Positions 38,611 through 48,749 of a DNA stretch of 64,000 nt are shown here, one piece after another. Positions within the stretch are counted from its first letter, which is position 1, and the number at the start of each line of letters is the position of its first letter. The stretch lies in NCBI GenBank assembly GCA_038208115.1, contig JBBQZC010000001.1, positions 13,977 to 77,976 of the forward strand, written 5' to 3'. The notes under the pieces are model-generated. The model had not been told where the DNA came from. It made no database searches and saw only the letters and a list, made by a program, of their open reading frames with translations. A program made the position numbers and the translations under genes. This DNA is from Candidatus Moraniibacteriota bacterium. Lineage in GTDB: Bacteria > Patescibacteriota > Minisyncoccia > Moranbacterales > GCA-2747515.

Positions 38611-40011
38611 CTATTTCTTTTTCATCACATCTGACAAAATAACGTCTGTATCCATTGTAAATACATATTCTTGTATATCCATTCCTGGATTTTTTACACG
38701 CACATTCACTGGAATATTATGCACACCAGATTGCTTTTGAATTTTAAGATCGTATGGATAACTATTTTTCAGATTGATTGGCAAATTATAACGCACAACA
38801 AAATCTTTCTCTGTACCAAGTGGCACGTGTATGAGGCAACCTACATAGCGTTTATCGTATTTTGTACCATATTGTGCTGGCAATACACAATTTGACATAT
38901 CTGTGAACCATGTATCATTTGGTGCATATACACGTACATACGTTTGATAATCATTTGTCTTCCAATCTTTTTGTGTTGCTGTATTGTCATAATGAATCGT
39001 CAATACTGCCTGTGGAATTGTACCAGAAAGATCAATGTCGTAACCAATGCTCCGCTCCACAACATGATCCGTTTTATATGAAGCAAGATTTGCATCCACT
39101 ACCATTATATAATCCTTATTCCACGCAGTATCAACAGCGCCACGCCAATTCACAGCATCCACGAGCTGTGTCATACGCATGTCCGTAAAATATAATTGAA
39201 TATCTTTACTATCAAGCACATATATGAATTGACTCACCAATGTCAGCTTCTCTCGTATTGATAGCGCCTTTGTTCGCTTAACAATCTCTTTTAGTAATTC
39301 ATCCATAATGACCTTACGATCACCCTTTTTAATATCTTGCTCTTTATAACCTTTTTCGACTTGATATTCCAATTTTAAAATTGCATCTCCACTACGATAT
39401 GTGTCTGGAAAACCATCTAAAGTAATCGGTCCTGTCATATTCAATACTGTGTCGAGAACAGTAGCATTTATAGCGATAATACCATCAAATTGTTCCAAAC
39501 CACCACCGAGATGATAAAAATCCTCCGCCACGCGTGCGTTCGTTGCAAAATCAGGCATCCAGTTGCTATCACGCAACTTCCATGCATTGATATTCATCGT
39601 TTCTTTCATCGGATATGGCACATCAAGTGTGTCAGGGATGCGACCATCAAAGTTTGCCGTATCATGCACAGCACTTTCAACCACTATACCGTTCTTCATC
39701 TTAACAATCGCAAAAGAACCGATGTAACCACCGCCAGGACGAAGTTCCATATTGTTTTGCAAGAGGATCATGAATGTACGTTCCGTATCATCCTCTTGAA
39801 GGAGGTAATGTGCCAATTCGAGTGATGTGTCATATTTATCACCCAAGGGTAATACTTTAGACGTATTGTATGCATAACCAATCAATTTTTTAGGATCATT
39901 TTTCACTTGCAAAAAGATATACCATCCTATCAATAAAGGAATAGCAACCACCCAAAATATAATTAATTTTTTAGTTGTATAGTTGTAAGACATAGTATTA
40001 CAATTTACCAT
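38611..40011 (-). CDS. DUF4012 domain membrane-anchored protein
   Basis: LLQNNMELRPGGGYIGS, LRDSNWMPDF, VDANL..YKTD, QKQSG. Confidence 0.8.
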   Translation of the reverse strand: MVNCNTMSYNYTTKKLIIFWVVAIPLLIGWYIFLQVKNDPKKLIGYAYNTSKVLPLGDKYDTSLELAHYLLQEDDTERTFMILLQNNMELRPGGGYIGSFAIVKMKNGIVVESAVHDTANFDGRIPDTLDVPYPMKETMNINAWKLRDSNWMPDFATNARVAEDFYHLGGGLEQFDGIIAINATVLDTVLNMTGPITLDGFPDTYRSGDAILKLEYQVEKGYKEQDIKKGDRKVIMDELLKEIVKRTKALSIREKLTLVSQFIYVLDSKDIQLYFTDMRMTQLVDAVNWRGAVDTAWNKDYIMVVDANLASYKTDHVVERSIGYDIDLSGTIPQAVLTIHYDNTATQKDWKTNDYQTYVRVYAPNDTWFTDMSNCVLPAQYGTKYDKRYVGCLIHVPLGTEKDFVVRYNLPINLKNSYPYDLKIQKQSGVHNIPVNVRVKNPGMDIQEYVFTMDTDVILSDVMKKK

Positions 40012-40969
40012 TTAATAATTCATTTAATCGTGCCTTCAATTCTTCTTCCGTTGGTTCAGCCGGTGATACATCGATCTGACTATTGATGATATCCGCGTCT
40101 CTCTTTCTAAATCCCAAAGCACTGATATCTACTACAGGCAAATTGCCAGGTATTGTAGGCAGCCCATCTGGGACAGATGTTTTATGTGTTATTGGCGCCA
40201 CTATTTCTTTTTTTTCTTCTTTTAGTGCTACCTCTTGTATCTTTTCTGCTTTTTTAACTTGAGTGACTGATTGTATAGCGGTCGCAACTTCTTTGTGTTC
40301 TTCTTTCTTTTCTTGTGCACGTGGTTTCACATCTTTATCTTCACGCTGCATATATTCCGAGAGAATATTCGGTTGATATTTTTCAAATATTTTTTTTCCA
40401 TCGATAGTATTTTTTTCTGATTTAACGTCTCGCATGAGATCGATCATCTGAAACAATGCCAACACCCCAGCTATTGCACCCATCGCAATAACAATCATTA
40501 ATACATATGGAACAACACCTGCTGAAATTGTCTTTTTTGACTCTTGATCTTTGTGTATGATCTTTACTGATATATCTTTATTGATTGTATAATATTTCTG
40601 TACATTGTTAAAAATTGTATTATATACCTTTGTTTGGATATTGCGCATATTATCTTTTGCGTCCGCATAAATCGCGATGCTAATCATGTCAGTATTGGTA
40701 ATACGCTCAACATGCACATATTGCATTACATTTCCCACCTCATTACTTGATGCAACAGATTCTCTTGCAATATACACGATATTATTTACAATATGATCAA
40801 TATTTGCAAAAACCGTAGGATTTCTTGAATCAATTAACACTGTTGTCTGCATCACATAATCAGCACGAGGAACAATTACAAAGACATACAAAAAAACAGA
40901 AATGATTGCAGCAATAATAAATAATGTATATAATCGTATCATATGTGGGATTTTTTCGAAATAAATCAC
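39998..40969 (-). CDS. Two-TM membrane protein, Wzz/CpsC-like topology, charged cytoplasmic tail
   Basis: Two TM segments flanking an extracytoplasmic loop; C-terminal EPTEEELKARLNELL. Confidence 0.55.
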   Translation of the reverse strand: MIYFEKIPHMIRLYTLFIIAAIISVFLYVFVIVPRADYVMQTTVLIDSRNPTVFANIDHIVNNIVYIARESVASSNEVGNVMQYVHVERITNTDMISIAIYADAKDNMRNIQTKVYNTIFNNVQKYYTINKDISVKIIHKDQESKKTISAGVVPYVLMIVIAMGAIAGVLALFQMIDLMRDVKSEKNTIDGKKIFEKYQPNILSEYMQREDKDVKPRAQEKKEEHKEVATAIQSVTQVKKAEKIQEVALKEEKKEIVAPITHKTSVPDGLPTIPGNLPVVDISALGFRKRDADIINSQIDVSPAEPTEEELKARLNELLNGKL

Positions 40970-41095
40970 AAAAATGCAGTAACAGACTGACTAAACATTC
41001 AATTTCAGTCGTTTCTTGCATAACAGTATATTCTACCAAAAGTTTAAGGTTTTGTCAAGAACCCTATTATTCTTCTAATCATTCTCAAAAATCGC

Positions 41096-41995
41096 ATGTC
41101 ACACATAACAATCAGTTCCTTCTCAGCAAAGTGGATTGATAAACTTGACCGCATAGATTTTGAGCTCATTGTTGCTCATTTTATTGGCAAAGAACGTTCA
41201 TTTGTCATTGCACATCCGGACCACATGATTGCATCTGAAGCACATTCTACATTAACACTTGCATTAAACCAGCGCATGAGTGACATGCCCTTGGCCTATA
41301 TTATTGGAAAAAAAGAATTCTTCGGCAGAGATTTTATCGTTACCAAAGACACGCTCATTCCTCGTCCAGAAACAGAGTTCATCATCACTGATATCATCCA
41401 CAATAAAAATACCATTCCTGCAAAAACGCTCATCGTCGATGTTGGCACAGGTAGTGGCGCTATCATCGTTACTCTTGCAAAAGAGCTAGCTGTTATGAAA
41501 AAAAATATTTCTTTCATTGGATCAGATATTTCACATGAAGCTTTATCCATTGCACGTAAAAATTCAAAGATCCATTTTGTCGACTCATATATTAATTTTT
41601 TTCATTCTGATCTTTTGAGTTATCCACAGTTACATCATGCTCTCAGTTATCCACAACTCACTAAAATTATTTTTACTGCAAATTTACCATACGTTGATGA
41701 AACAATAAAAAATGAGTTACTTCAAAAAAAAGAATCACGCTCGCTCATCCACGAACCACAAATCGCACTTTGGTCAAGTGACCATGGACTTCATCATTAT
41801 CGATTATTGATTGATCAAATTTTTTTACTAAAAAATAAATTACCACAAACGACATGTGAAATATATTGCGAGATCAGCTCCGAACAGAAAGAGATTTTTT
41901 TTACGCTGCTCGCATCCTATCACGTCGCACCAGCGCGCGTCACAATCATAAACGACCTCACAAATCGACCGCGCATCATCCACTTTACGATATGA
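41096..41995 (+). CDS. prmC: Release factor glutamine methyltransferase
   Basis: PLAYIIGKKEFFG, LIPRPETE, DVGTGSGAI, ANLPY. Confidence 0.92.
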   Translation: MSHITISSFSAKWIDKLDRIDFELIVAHFIGKERSFVIAHPDHMIASEAHSTLTLALNQRMSDMPLAYIIGKKEFFGRDFIVTKDTLIPRPETEFIITDIIHNKNTIPAKTLIVDVGTGSGAIIVTLAKELAVMKKNISFIGSDISHEALSIARKNSKIHFVDSYINFFHSDLLSYPQLHHALSYPQLTKIIFTANLPYVDETIKNELLQKKESRSLIHEPQIALWSSDHGLHHYRLLIDQIFLLKNKLPQTTCEIYCEISSEQKEIFFTLLASYHVAPARVTIINDLTNRPRIIHFTI

Positions 41996-42050
41996 CGCTA
42001 TATGATCATATGTTAAAAAAGTCCATATAATTAGGGCTTTTTACTCCACA

Positions 42051-42089
42051 AAACATAAAACTCCAGATATTACTGGAGCTTTATGTTTT
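42051..42089. terminator. Bidirectional intrinsic terminator
   Basis: AAACATAAAACTCCAG-N6-CTGGAGCTTTATGTTT. Confidence 0.65.
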
Positions 42090-42120
42090 ATTCGTTTGTA
42101 GACTATACTCGAAGAAATTA

Positions 42121-42195
42121 TTATTTCTTTTTTTTAGCTACTTTTTTTACAACTTTTTTAGCTACTTTTTTCTTTGTTGCTTTTTTTGCTGCCAT
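42121..42195 (-). CDS. 24-aa Lys/Ala/Val-rich microprotein MAAKKATKKKVAKKVVKKVAKKKK
   Basis: Strong SD AGAAAGGATGGTG upstream, terminator downstream; below the ORF-track size cutoff. Confidence 0.7.
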   Translation of the reverse strand: MAAKKATKKKVAKKVVKKVAKKKK

Positions 42196-42321
42196 AGTTA
42201 TTTCACCATCCTTTCTATTTTTAATTTTCTATTTATTCACAAAATATTTTTTATTTAAAAAACATTTTGATTTCTATTTATATTATAAATAATATTTTAT
42301 ATTATATCAACAAATTCAAAA

Positions 42322-42801
42322 TTAGAAAAGAGCAAATCCAAAAATCGCGATCATTATAAATGAAATAAAAATATTTGTGATGACACCAAAAATAAAACCA
42401 ATGATTGTACCCACACTTGCTTTGATCGCAGTGTGTGTTTTTTTGTACTGTAAATATTCTCCAATGAATGTTCCTATAAAAGATCCAATGATCATACCTA
42501 TTATATTTGCAAATATAAAACCACAGATCATACCCAGTACCGCACCGGAAATGCCCACCCAACTCGCACCATATATTTTTGCTCCAAGTACGCCAGCAAT
42601 GATTTCTATAATACTTCCAATCATCATGAACAAACCCGTTATCAAAACAATCGTCACTGTCACCTCCTCAAAATTTGTTGCATAAGCATAAACGACGATG
42701 CCAAACCATATAACGGGTAGACTCGGGATGACTGGCACAAATATACCGAGAATGCCAATAATAAATAATAGTAAAACAAAAATGAGTAAAATGATATGCA
42801 T
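42322..42801 (-). CDS. DUF456 family membrane protein
   Basis: GILG.FVPVIPS, GAK.YGAS..G..GA, G.FIGE motifs. Confidence 0.85.
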   Translation of the reverse strand: MHIILLIFVLLLFIIGILGIFVPVIPSLPVIWFGIVVYAYATNFEEVTVTIVLITGLFMMIGSIIEIIAGVLGAKIYGASWVGISGAVLGMICGFIFANIIGMIIGSFIGTFIGEYLQYKKTHTAIKASVGTIIGFIFGVITNIFISFIMIAIFGFALF

Positions 42802-42998
42802 TGTATTTTTTGATGATTGTATTAATAAAGTGAATCGAAGCACTAAATATATTAGACCAAAAAAACCGCATATTGTCTACGTTGACGCATAATATATTGA
42901 CTGTACAATTAAAAGAGATTTCGTTGTCCGCTCATGGCGGACGGCTTCAACGTAAGCTATTTAACAATTTAAAACTAGAAAGGACGGTGTTATACACA

Positions 42999-43742
42999 AT
43001 GACTGAAGAAAATAATGTTTCAAATTGGATTCAAGACAACCTGCGTATTATTATTAGTATTGGTATTGTTTTGTTACTTGTCTTTGCAATTTACTCCTAT
43101 TCTAAGAGAAATGCACGAACAGGTGTGATCGTTGATGATTCTCAAATAAATGAAGTTGCAATGACTGCAACAAACAATAATGATGAGATTAATCAAATCA
43201 TTGATGAGATCAAAGATGATACAAAACAAGAAATCGCAGTAACGACTACTACTCCTGAACCGGAAGGAAAAGGAGTGGAAGCACCAAAAACGGTTGCTCA
43301 AGAACAACCACCTACAGAAGTGAAAACTGAAGAAGTGCCTGCAGTTGTAGCAGAAGAAAAGTCTGCTAAAACAGATACTGTCCCAGTAAAGGAAGAAACT
43401 GCTAAAGATGTAGTACGTGAAGTAATTGAATCACATACAGAACAGCCGAAGGATGGCGTCATAAAAATTGTTGCTGTACGTGGAGATAGCGCAACAACTC
43501 TAGCTCGTAAGGCGGCTGCTGACTATATTTCCAAAAACAATATTTCGAGCATTACGCCTGCACATAAAATCTATATCGAAGATTATTTGCGCAAAGCTCA
43601 GCAAGCACGACAGATACATCCAGGTACGGAAATGTCATTTACAAATGCAGCAATCGCAGAAGCAGTAGCAAAATCGCAGAATCTCACAGAAAAACAATTA
43701 TCACATCTTGATACATATGCAAAACATGTTTCACAATTATAG
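42999..43742 (+). CDS. Membrane-anchored protein with acidic linker and LysM-like C-terminal domain
   Basis: SD AGAAAGGACGGTG before ATG 42999; one TM; VRGDSATTLARKA...IYIEDYLRK...IHPG. Confidence 0.65.
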   Translation: MTEENNVSNWIQDNLRIIISIGIVLLLVFAIYSYSKRNARTGVIVDDSQINEVAMTATNNNDEINQIIDEIKDDTKQEIAVTTTTPEPEGKGVEAPKTVAQEQPPTEVKTEEVPAVVAEEKSAKTDTVPVKEETAKDVVREVIESHTEQPKDGVIKIVAVRGDSATTLARKAAADYISKNNISSITPAHKIYIEDYLRKAQQARQIHPGTEMSFTNAAIAEAVAKSQNLTEKQLSHLDTYAKHVSQL

Positions 43743-43817
43743 AGCATGAACCGCACAGTAATTATATTCAGTTTGATGATTAGTTTGTTGCATAGATCAC
43801 TATAAGATGTTCTTTAT

Positions 43818-43858
43818 AAAACAAAAACCTCTGGCAATGTTCCAGAGGTTTTTGTTTT
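43818..43858. terminator. Bidirectional terminator between convergent genes
   Basis: AAAACAAAAACCTCTGG...CCAGAGGTTTTTGTTTT. Confidence 0.75.
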
Positions 43859-43899
43859 GTATTGGATTATCTCTATAACGTATACAAATGTATGATTTG

Positions 43900-45288
43900 T
43901 TAGTATTTTTTCATTTTTTTCCTGATAAAAGCAGGAATTTCAATATCATTCTCCTCACTGTCTCCTATAATCTTTTTTGCAGACTGCGTGATAGATCGCA
44001 TTTGTGAATTAATTGGCTCGTCAATGATCATTTTGGTTTTCATCGGATTTTGTGATGGAATATCCATATCATTGTTACCCGACGTCTTCATCATGCGCAC
44101 ATCTTGTCCCATATCACTACTACGACGTTGCTTGGAAATATACATATCTTGTTGTCGAGCTGGTTCTTGACGACCCATCTGTGACTCCCTCTCATATTTA
44201 TCATCGTCTTCCTCTTCCTGCATGTATTTGCTGACAGGAGGATTTTTAACTTCATTGATAAATCCGCGACCATGCACTGCTGAGTCGTCTTTTCTTGCTT
44301 CCAACATACTCTCACTCTCATATGGTTCATCATTAAATCCTGTAGCGATTACAGTGATTTGAATTTCACCTTTTGGCAAGTTATCATCGATAACCGTACC
44401 AAAGATAATCCGTGCATCTGGATCGACTGATTCTGTGATAACATTTGATGCTTCTTCCACTTCAAACATCGTAATATCACTACTGCCTGTAATATTGAAC
44501 AATACTCTCTTTGCACCATCAATTGACAAATCAAGGAGCGGACTATTCACTGCAGCTCTTGCGGCTTCCTGTGCACGATTTTCGCCTGTTGCAATACCAA
44601 TTCCCATAAGCGCATCGCCACTGTTTGACATAGTCGTTTCCACATCTTTGAAATCAACGTTCACGCTCTCTGAACTACTGTTACAAATAATATCTGAAAT
44701 ACCTTGTACACCTTGTCTGAGAACATCATCCACAATGCGAAATGAATTTACAAGACTCGTTTTTTTATCGATAATTGATAAAATTTTATCATTTTGTATT
44801 GAGATAATCGTATCAACTCTTTTTTTGAGAGCAGCCAAACCTTCTTCAGCAATCGCACGACGGCGTGATCCTTCAAATGAAAATGGTTTTGTCACGACTG
44901 CAACCGTCAATATACCGAGTTCTTTTGCTGTTTCTGCAACCACTGGTGCAGCACCCGTCCCAGTACCACCACCAAGACCACATGTCACAAAAACCATATC
45001 AGCACCTTTAAGCACATTTTGAATTTCTTCACGACTCTCCTCTGCTGCTTGTCTACCTACTTCCGGATTCATTCCTGCACCCAATCCTTTTGTGAGACTT
45101 TTTCCAATATGAACTTTTTCTTCTGCTTTAGAATGATGCAGTGCTTGTGTGTCAGTATTAATTGCAACAAATTCTACACCTTTAAGATCTGCATCGATCA
45201 TACGAGAAATTGCATTACCTCCACCACCTCCAACACCAATCACCTTAATCCGTGAAAATGTTTCAATATCAGTTTTTACTTCTGCCAT
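43900..45288 (-). CDS. ftsZ: Cell division protein FtsZ
   Basis: [23 protein letters not shown]-terminal IPAFIRK; start at MAEVK. Confidence 0.97.
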   Translation of the reverse strand: MAEVKTDIETFSRIKVIGVGGGGGNAISRMIDADLKGVEFVAINTDTQALHHSKAEEKVHIGKSLTKGLGAGMNPEVGRQAAEESREEIQNVLKGADMVFVTCGLGGGTGTGAAPVVAETAKELGILTVAVVTKPFSFEGSRRRAIAEEGLAALKKRVDTIISIQNDKILSIIDKKTSLVNSFRIVDDVLRQGVQGISDIICNSSSESVNVDFKDVETTMSNSGDALMGIGIATGENRAQEAARAAVNSPLLDLSIDGAKRVLFNITGSSDITMFEVEEASNVITESVDPDARIIFGTVIDDNLPKGEIQITVIATGFNDEPYESESMLEARKDDSAVHGRGFINEVKNPPVSKYMQEEEDDDKYERESQMGRQEPARQQDMYISKQRRSSDMGQDVRMMKTSGNNDMDIPSQNPMKTKMIIDEPINSQMRSITQSAKKIIGDSEENDIEIPAFIRKKMKKY

Positions 45289-45401
45289 AACATTAATTAT
45301 AGTAGTTAAATAATATAAAAGAATTATTAATACCCTACAGTTTTTTACTGTACCACGCTCAGAAGACAAATGTCAATACGACTATTTTTACAGATAATCT
45401 A

Positions 45402-46643
45402 TTACGGCAAAAAACGACCTATCGTGCCACGGATTTTATCTGTCATCTTCTTTATGTTACCAATGGTACCTTGTCCAAAACGTGGACCGCTCGCATGTGA
45501 CCCATGTAACGCCCATAAAAGCAAACCAATTACCGTTGCATATGAAGAATCATCGACATGATCCACTACACCGAGAAGGTTTGCTGGTTGTCCAATCGAT
45601 ACAGGTAAACGTAATTTTTGTTTTGCAAAATCTATAATATGTGGCAAATGTGCACCACCACCCGTTAGCACAGCTCCTGCTGGCAATAGCTGATCTTTAC
45701 CGATTTTTTCGAGTTCATTAATGACAAGATCAAATATTTCATCAAGTCGCGCTTCAATGATCTCTAATACATGTGTATGATACACAAGATCTTTTTCTCG
45801 TTCATCAATATGAGAAAGATCGATCATACTTTTTTTATCTACGCTATCAATATCAGCACTCCCAAATTCAAATTTCACACGCTCAGCGATATCAATTTCT
45901 GTTCGTAATCCGATTGCAATGTCGTATGTGATAAAATCAGATCCAACTGGCAATACTGCTGTATGAATCAATTCTCCCTCTTCGTACACTGCAACAGATG
46001 TTGTACTTGCACCAAGATTGACTAGTACAACCCCCAATTCTTTTTGTTTTTTGGTTAATGTTGATTCAGCAGCTGCGAGAGGTTCAATAATAAAATCATC
46101 AATAGCTATGTCAGCTCGATCCATTGCGCCAGTAAGATTTTTTACATGATTGCTCGGTGCTTCAACAATAACTGCATCCACTTCCAAACGTACACCACGC
46201 AAACCAACAGGATCTTTGATATCTCTCTGATCATCCAGGCGGAAAGATCGAGGGATAACATGTATAACCTCATTATTGGATGGGATGGAAATCGCTTGTG
46301 CCGCATCGATCACTCGCACGACATCATCTTCATTTACTTCACCATCTGCTCTACCGATTGCTATCACACCTTGTGTTTCTTTCACAACAATACCAGCGCC
46401 ACCAATACTCACAATTGCATTTTTTACTCTCTCACCACTCATCTGCTCAGCACGCTCCACAGCAGCAGAAATCGTATCAGCCGCATCATTGATATCCACA
46501 ACCGCTCCGCGGCGCATCCCACTTGCTGGAACAATACCCGCACCCAAAACACGCACTTGACCATCCTCTAAAGAAACATCGGCAATCACACAGCGAACTG
46601 TGGATGACCCAAGATCAATACTTGTAATAATATTTGTTTTCAT
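45402..46643 (-). CDS. ftsA: Cell division protein FtsA
   Basis: DLGSS, DPVGL.GVRLE, LTGGGA; upstream of ftsZ. Confidence 0.95.
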   Translation of the reverse strand: MKTNIITSIDLGSSTVRCVIADVSLEDGQVRVLGAGIVPASGMRRGAVVDINDAADTISAAVERAEQMSGERVKNAIVSIGGAGIVVKETQGVIAIGRADGEVNEDDVVRVIDAAQAISIPSNNEVIHVIPRSFRLDDQRDIKDPVGLRGVRLEVDAVIVEAPSNHVKNLTGAMDRADIAIDDFIIEPLAAAESTLTKKQKELGVVLVNLGASTTSVAVYEEGELIHTAVLPVGSDFITYDIAIGLRTEIDIAERVKFEFGSADIDSVDKKSMIDLSHIDEREKDLVYHTHVLEIIEARLDEIFDLVINELEKIGKDQLLPAGAVLTGGGAHLPHIIDFAKQKLRLPVSIGQPANLLGVVDHVDDSSYATVIGLLLWALHGSHASGPRFGQGTIGNIKKMTDKIRGTIGRFLP

Positions 46644-46655
46644 ACGATGACTCTA

Positions 46656-47021
46656 TTATCTTATTGACGCAATCAGTAGTGGCAGAAAAATGATTACTCC
46701 TACAATGCTTGCCCCCAAACTCAACACAAGAACTGATGCTGCAGAGACATCTTTGATTACTCCTGCATACGGATGTTGTCGTGGTTTTAATATATCTACA
46801 ACACGCTCAATTGCTGTGTTCATCAATTCTATCATAAAAACCAAAAAAATCATTGTCATGATTACCGCTACTTGAAGTAATGACGCACGTAGCACATAAA
46901 GAGCACATGTAACAATGATCGCAACATAAACCTCGACACGAAAATTTCGCTCATTCTTAAAGGCATATATCAAACCTCTCCCAGCTGCTTTTGCACTTCG
47001 TGCAATCGTATATCCTTTCAT
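46656..47021 (-). CDS. dgkA: Diacylglycerol/undecaprenol kinase family
   Basis: ERNFR, ELMNTAIE..VD, KD..AA.VL. Confidence 0.88.
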   Translation of the reverse strand: MKGYTIARSAKAAGRGLIYAFKNERNFRVEVYVAIIVTCALYVLRASLLQVAVIMTMIFLVFMIELMNTAIERVVDILKPRQHPYAGVIKDVSAASVLVLSLGASIVGVIIFLPLLIASIR

Positions 47022-47485
47022 ATGTTATTTTTTGTACAAAATTCTTTACTTATTATTTCCTGCATATAAAACATTTCTTGTCCATGTTGAAATCCTAGCA
47101 AATGTAGTATACCATGAACAAACACTAAATAAAACTCTTCTGAAATAGATATTTTTCTCTCTTGCGCAGATTCTACTATATAATTATAACATAGAATAAT
47201 TTCTCCTAAGAAAACTTCATTTTTTGTCTCTCGTGAAATGTCCTGATCATCACTATAATCACCTATGGAAATCACATCTGTAGTTTGGTTCTTGCCACGC
47301 AACAACTGATTAACTCTCTGAATCTCTTTTTCATCGACTATTGCAACACTGATCGTTATATTGTGGACATCACTGCTGATTTTTTTTGCTGCGACTATTG
47401 TACGCATCGCGATATCATGCAATGACTCCTTACTAAACTGATCATAGATACCAGCATTTAATTCAACGATTACACTCATATACAC
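47018..47485 (-). CDS. ybeY: rRNA maturation RNase YbeY
   Basis: RGK..TTDVIS, LGEI, HGILHLLGFQH. Confidence 0.9.
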   Translation of the reverse strand: MYMSVIVELNAGIYDQFSKESLHDIAMRTIVAAKKISSDVHNITISVAIVDEKEIQRVNQLLRGKNQTTDVISIGDYSDDQDISRETKNEVFLGEIILCYNYIVESAQERKISISEEFYLVFVHGILHLLGFQHGQEMFYMQEIISKEFCTKNNI

Positions 47486-47502
47486 GTAAAAACGAGATTA
47501 GC

Positions 47503-47955
47503 TTAGACCAAAATTTCATTTACAACCTGACGCACTGTATTGCCATCTGAGGCATCTCCAATCTCTTGCATCACAATTCCCATGACCTTGCCCATATCAG
47601 CCTTAGATGTCACCCCAAGACTCTCCACAGCCTTTTTGACAATCACTCGGACATCATCTATGCTCATTTGCTGTGGAAGATATTTTTCTATAATAGTGAT
47701 TTCGGTTTCTTCTTTGCTTGCGAGATCTTCCCTGCTACCAGCACGAAACTGCAACGCGCTGTCTTTTCGTTGTTTTATGGCGCGTTTGATCAAAATAACT
47801 GTATGCATGTCATCCAATCCTGTCTCACGTTTTTTTTGTGCGATTTCTTCGTTTTTGATCATACTGTCAATCGTACGTAATGTGTCTCTGCTCGTTGTAT
47901 CCCCTGCCTTCATCGCAATTTTCAAGTCTTCAATAATTTTTTCTCGCAATAACAT
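47503..47955 (-). CDS. GatB/YqeY domain protein
   Basis: DLK.AMKAGD, KQRKDS..QF, YLPQQMS, DMGKVMG. Confidence 0.9.
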   Translation of the reverse strand: MLLREKIIEDLKIAMKAGDTTSRDTLRTIDSMIKNEEIAQKKRETGLDDMHTVILIKRAIKQRKDSALQFRAGSREDLASKEETEITIIEKYLPQQMSIDDVRVIVKKAVESLGVTSKADMGKVMGIVMQEIGDASDGNTVRQVVNEILV

Positions 47956-48044
47956 ATTTTTGTATTGAATAATAAAATATAAATAGTATTCATGCACAAT
48001 TTAGTTATTGCATTGTGCATAGAACTCGCTACATTCAACGATCA

Positions 48045-48302
48045 TTATTTTTTGATCTTCTTTTTCAATTCTTTGAAAGAATCTTCGTCAAACCGACCAA
48101 GTTTTTTCAATTTATTTACTTCTTTGCGCATCTTTGTCTTATAGAGAGCTTCTTGTCGACGTTCTGTCTTGCTCTTATCATCTGCAGCAAAACGATTCTT
48201 TCGAACATGCATTAAAACGCCACTTTGTTGCACTCGTCGTGTAAAGCGTTTAATAAGGTTTTCAGTTGTCTCGCGATCATTTTTCTTATATACGTAAACC
48301 AT
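48045..48302 (-). CDS. rpsU: 30S ribosomal protein S21
   Basis: V.KK..E..E.LIKRF.R.VQ.SG basic pattern; upstream of yqeY as is typical. Confidence 0.8.
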   Translation of the reverse strand: MVYVYKKNDRETTENLIKRFTRRVQQSGVLMHVRKNRFAADDKSKTERRQEALYKTKMRKEVNKLKKLGRFDEDSFKELKKKIKK

Positions 48303-48385
48303 GAGGTCACACTCCTTTCTAAATTTTCCACAAATGTGGACGACAGAATTTACATGAAATACCCATATAAACTCTACATCTTCAT

Positions 48386-48739
48386 TTATGTCATTGGATG
48401 AATATTCTCAGACAACAGAGCCCCGCCGATTATGTGTAAGTGTATATGTGGAACTTCTTGCCCACCATGTTTCCCCGTTCTGATCAATAATTTATATCCA
48501 TCATCAGCAATATGATAATCCTTTGCGATCTGCACTGCAGCAATAAACATCTCAGCAATAACAGGTGCATGTTCTGTGTCGATGTCATTCATCGAAACAA
48601 TATGTTTGCGGGGAACAATTAAAAAATGCACTGGTGCTATAGGATGAATATCTGCAAAAGCAACTACCGTAGCAGACTCATATGCCATTTTTGTTGGAAC
48701 TACTCCATTACTTATATTGCAAAATATACAGTTATTCAT
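48386..48739 (-). CDS. Histidine triad nucleotide-binding protein
   Basis: CIFC, GQEVPHIHLHII. Confidence 0.92.
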   Translation of the reverse strand: MNNCIFCNISNGVVPTKMAYESATVVAFADIHPIAPVHFLIVPRKHIVSMNDIDTEHAPVIAEMFIAAVQIAKDYHIADDGYKLLIRTGKHGGQEVPHIHLHIIGGALLSENIHPMT

Positions 48740-48749
48740 ATTAACACAG

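Noticed and set aside
41620-41655. Two perfect DnaA boxes 27 bp apart (possible oriC)
   Set aside because: They are inside prmC and explained by a small LSYPQL peptide duplication; no dnaA or intergenic box cluster nearby.
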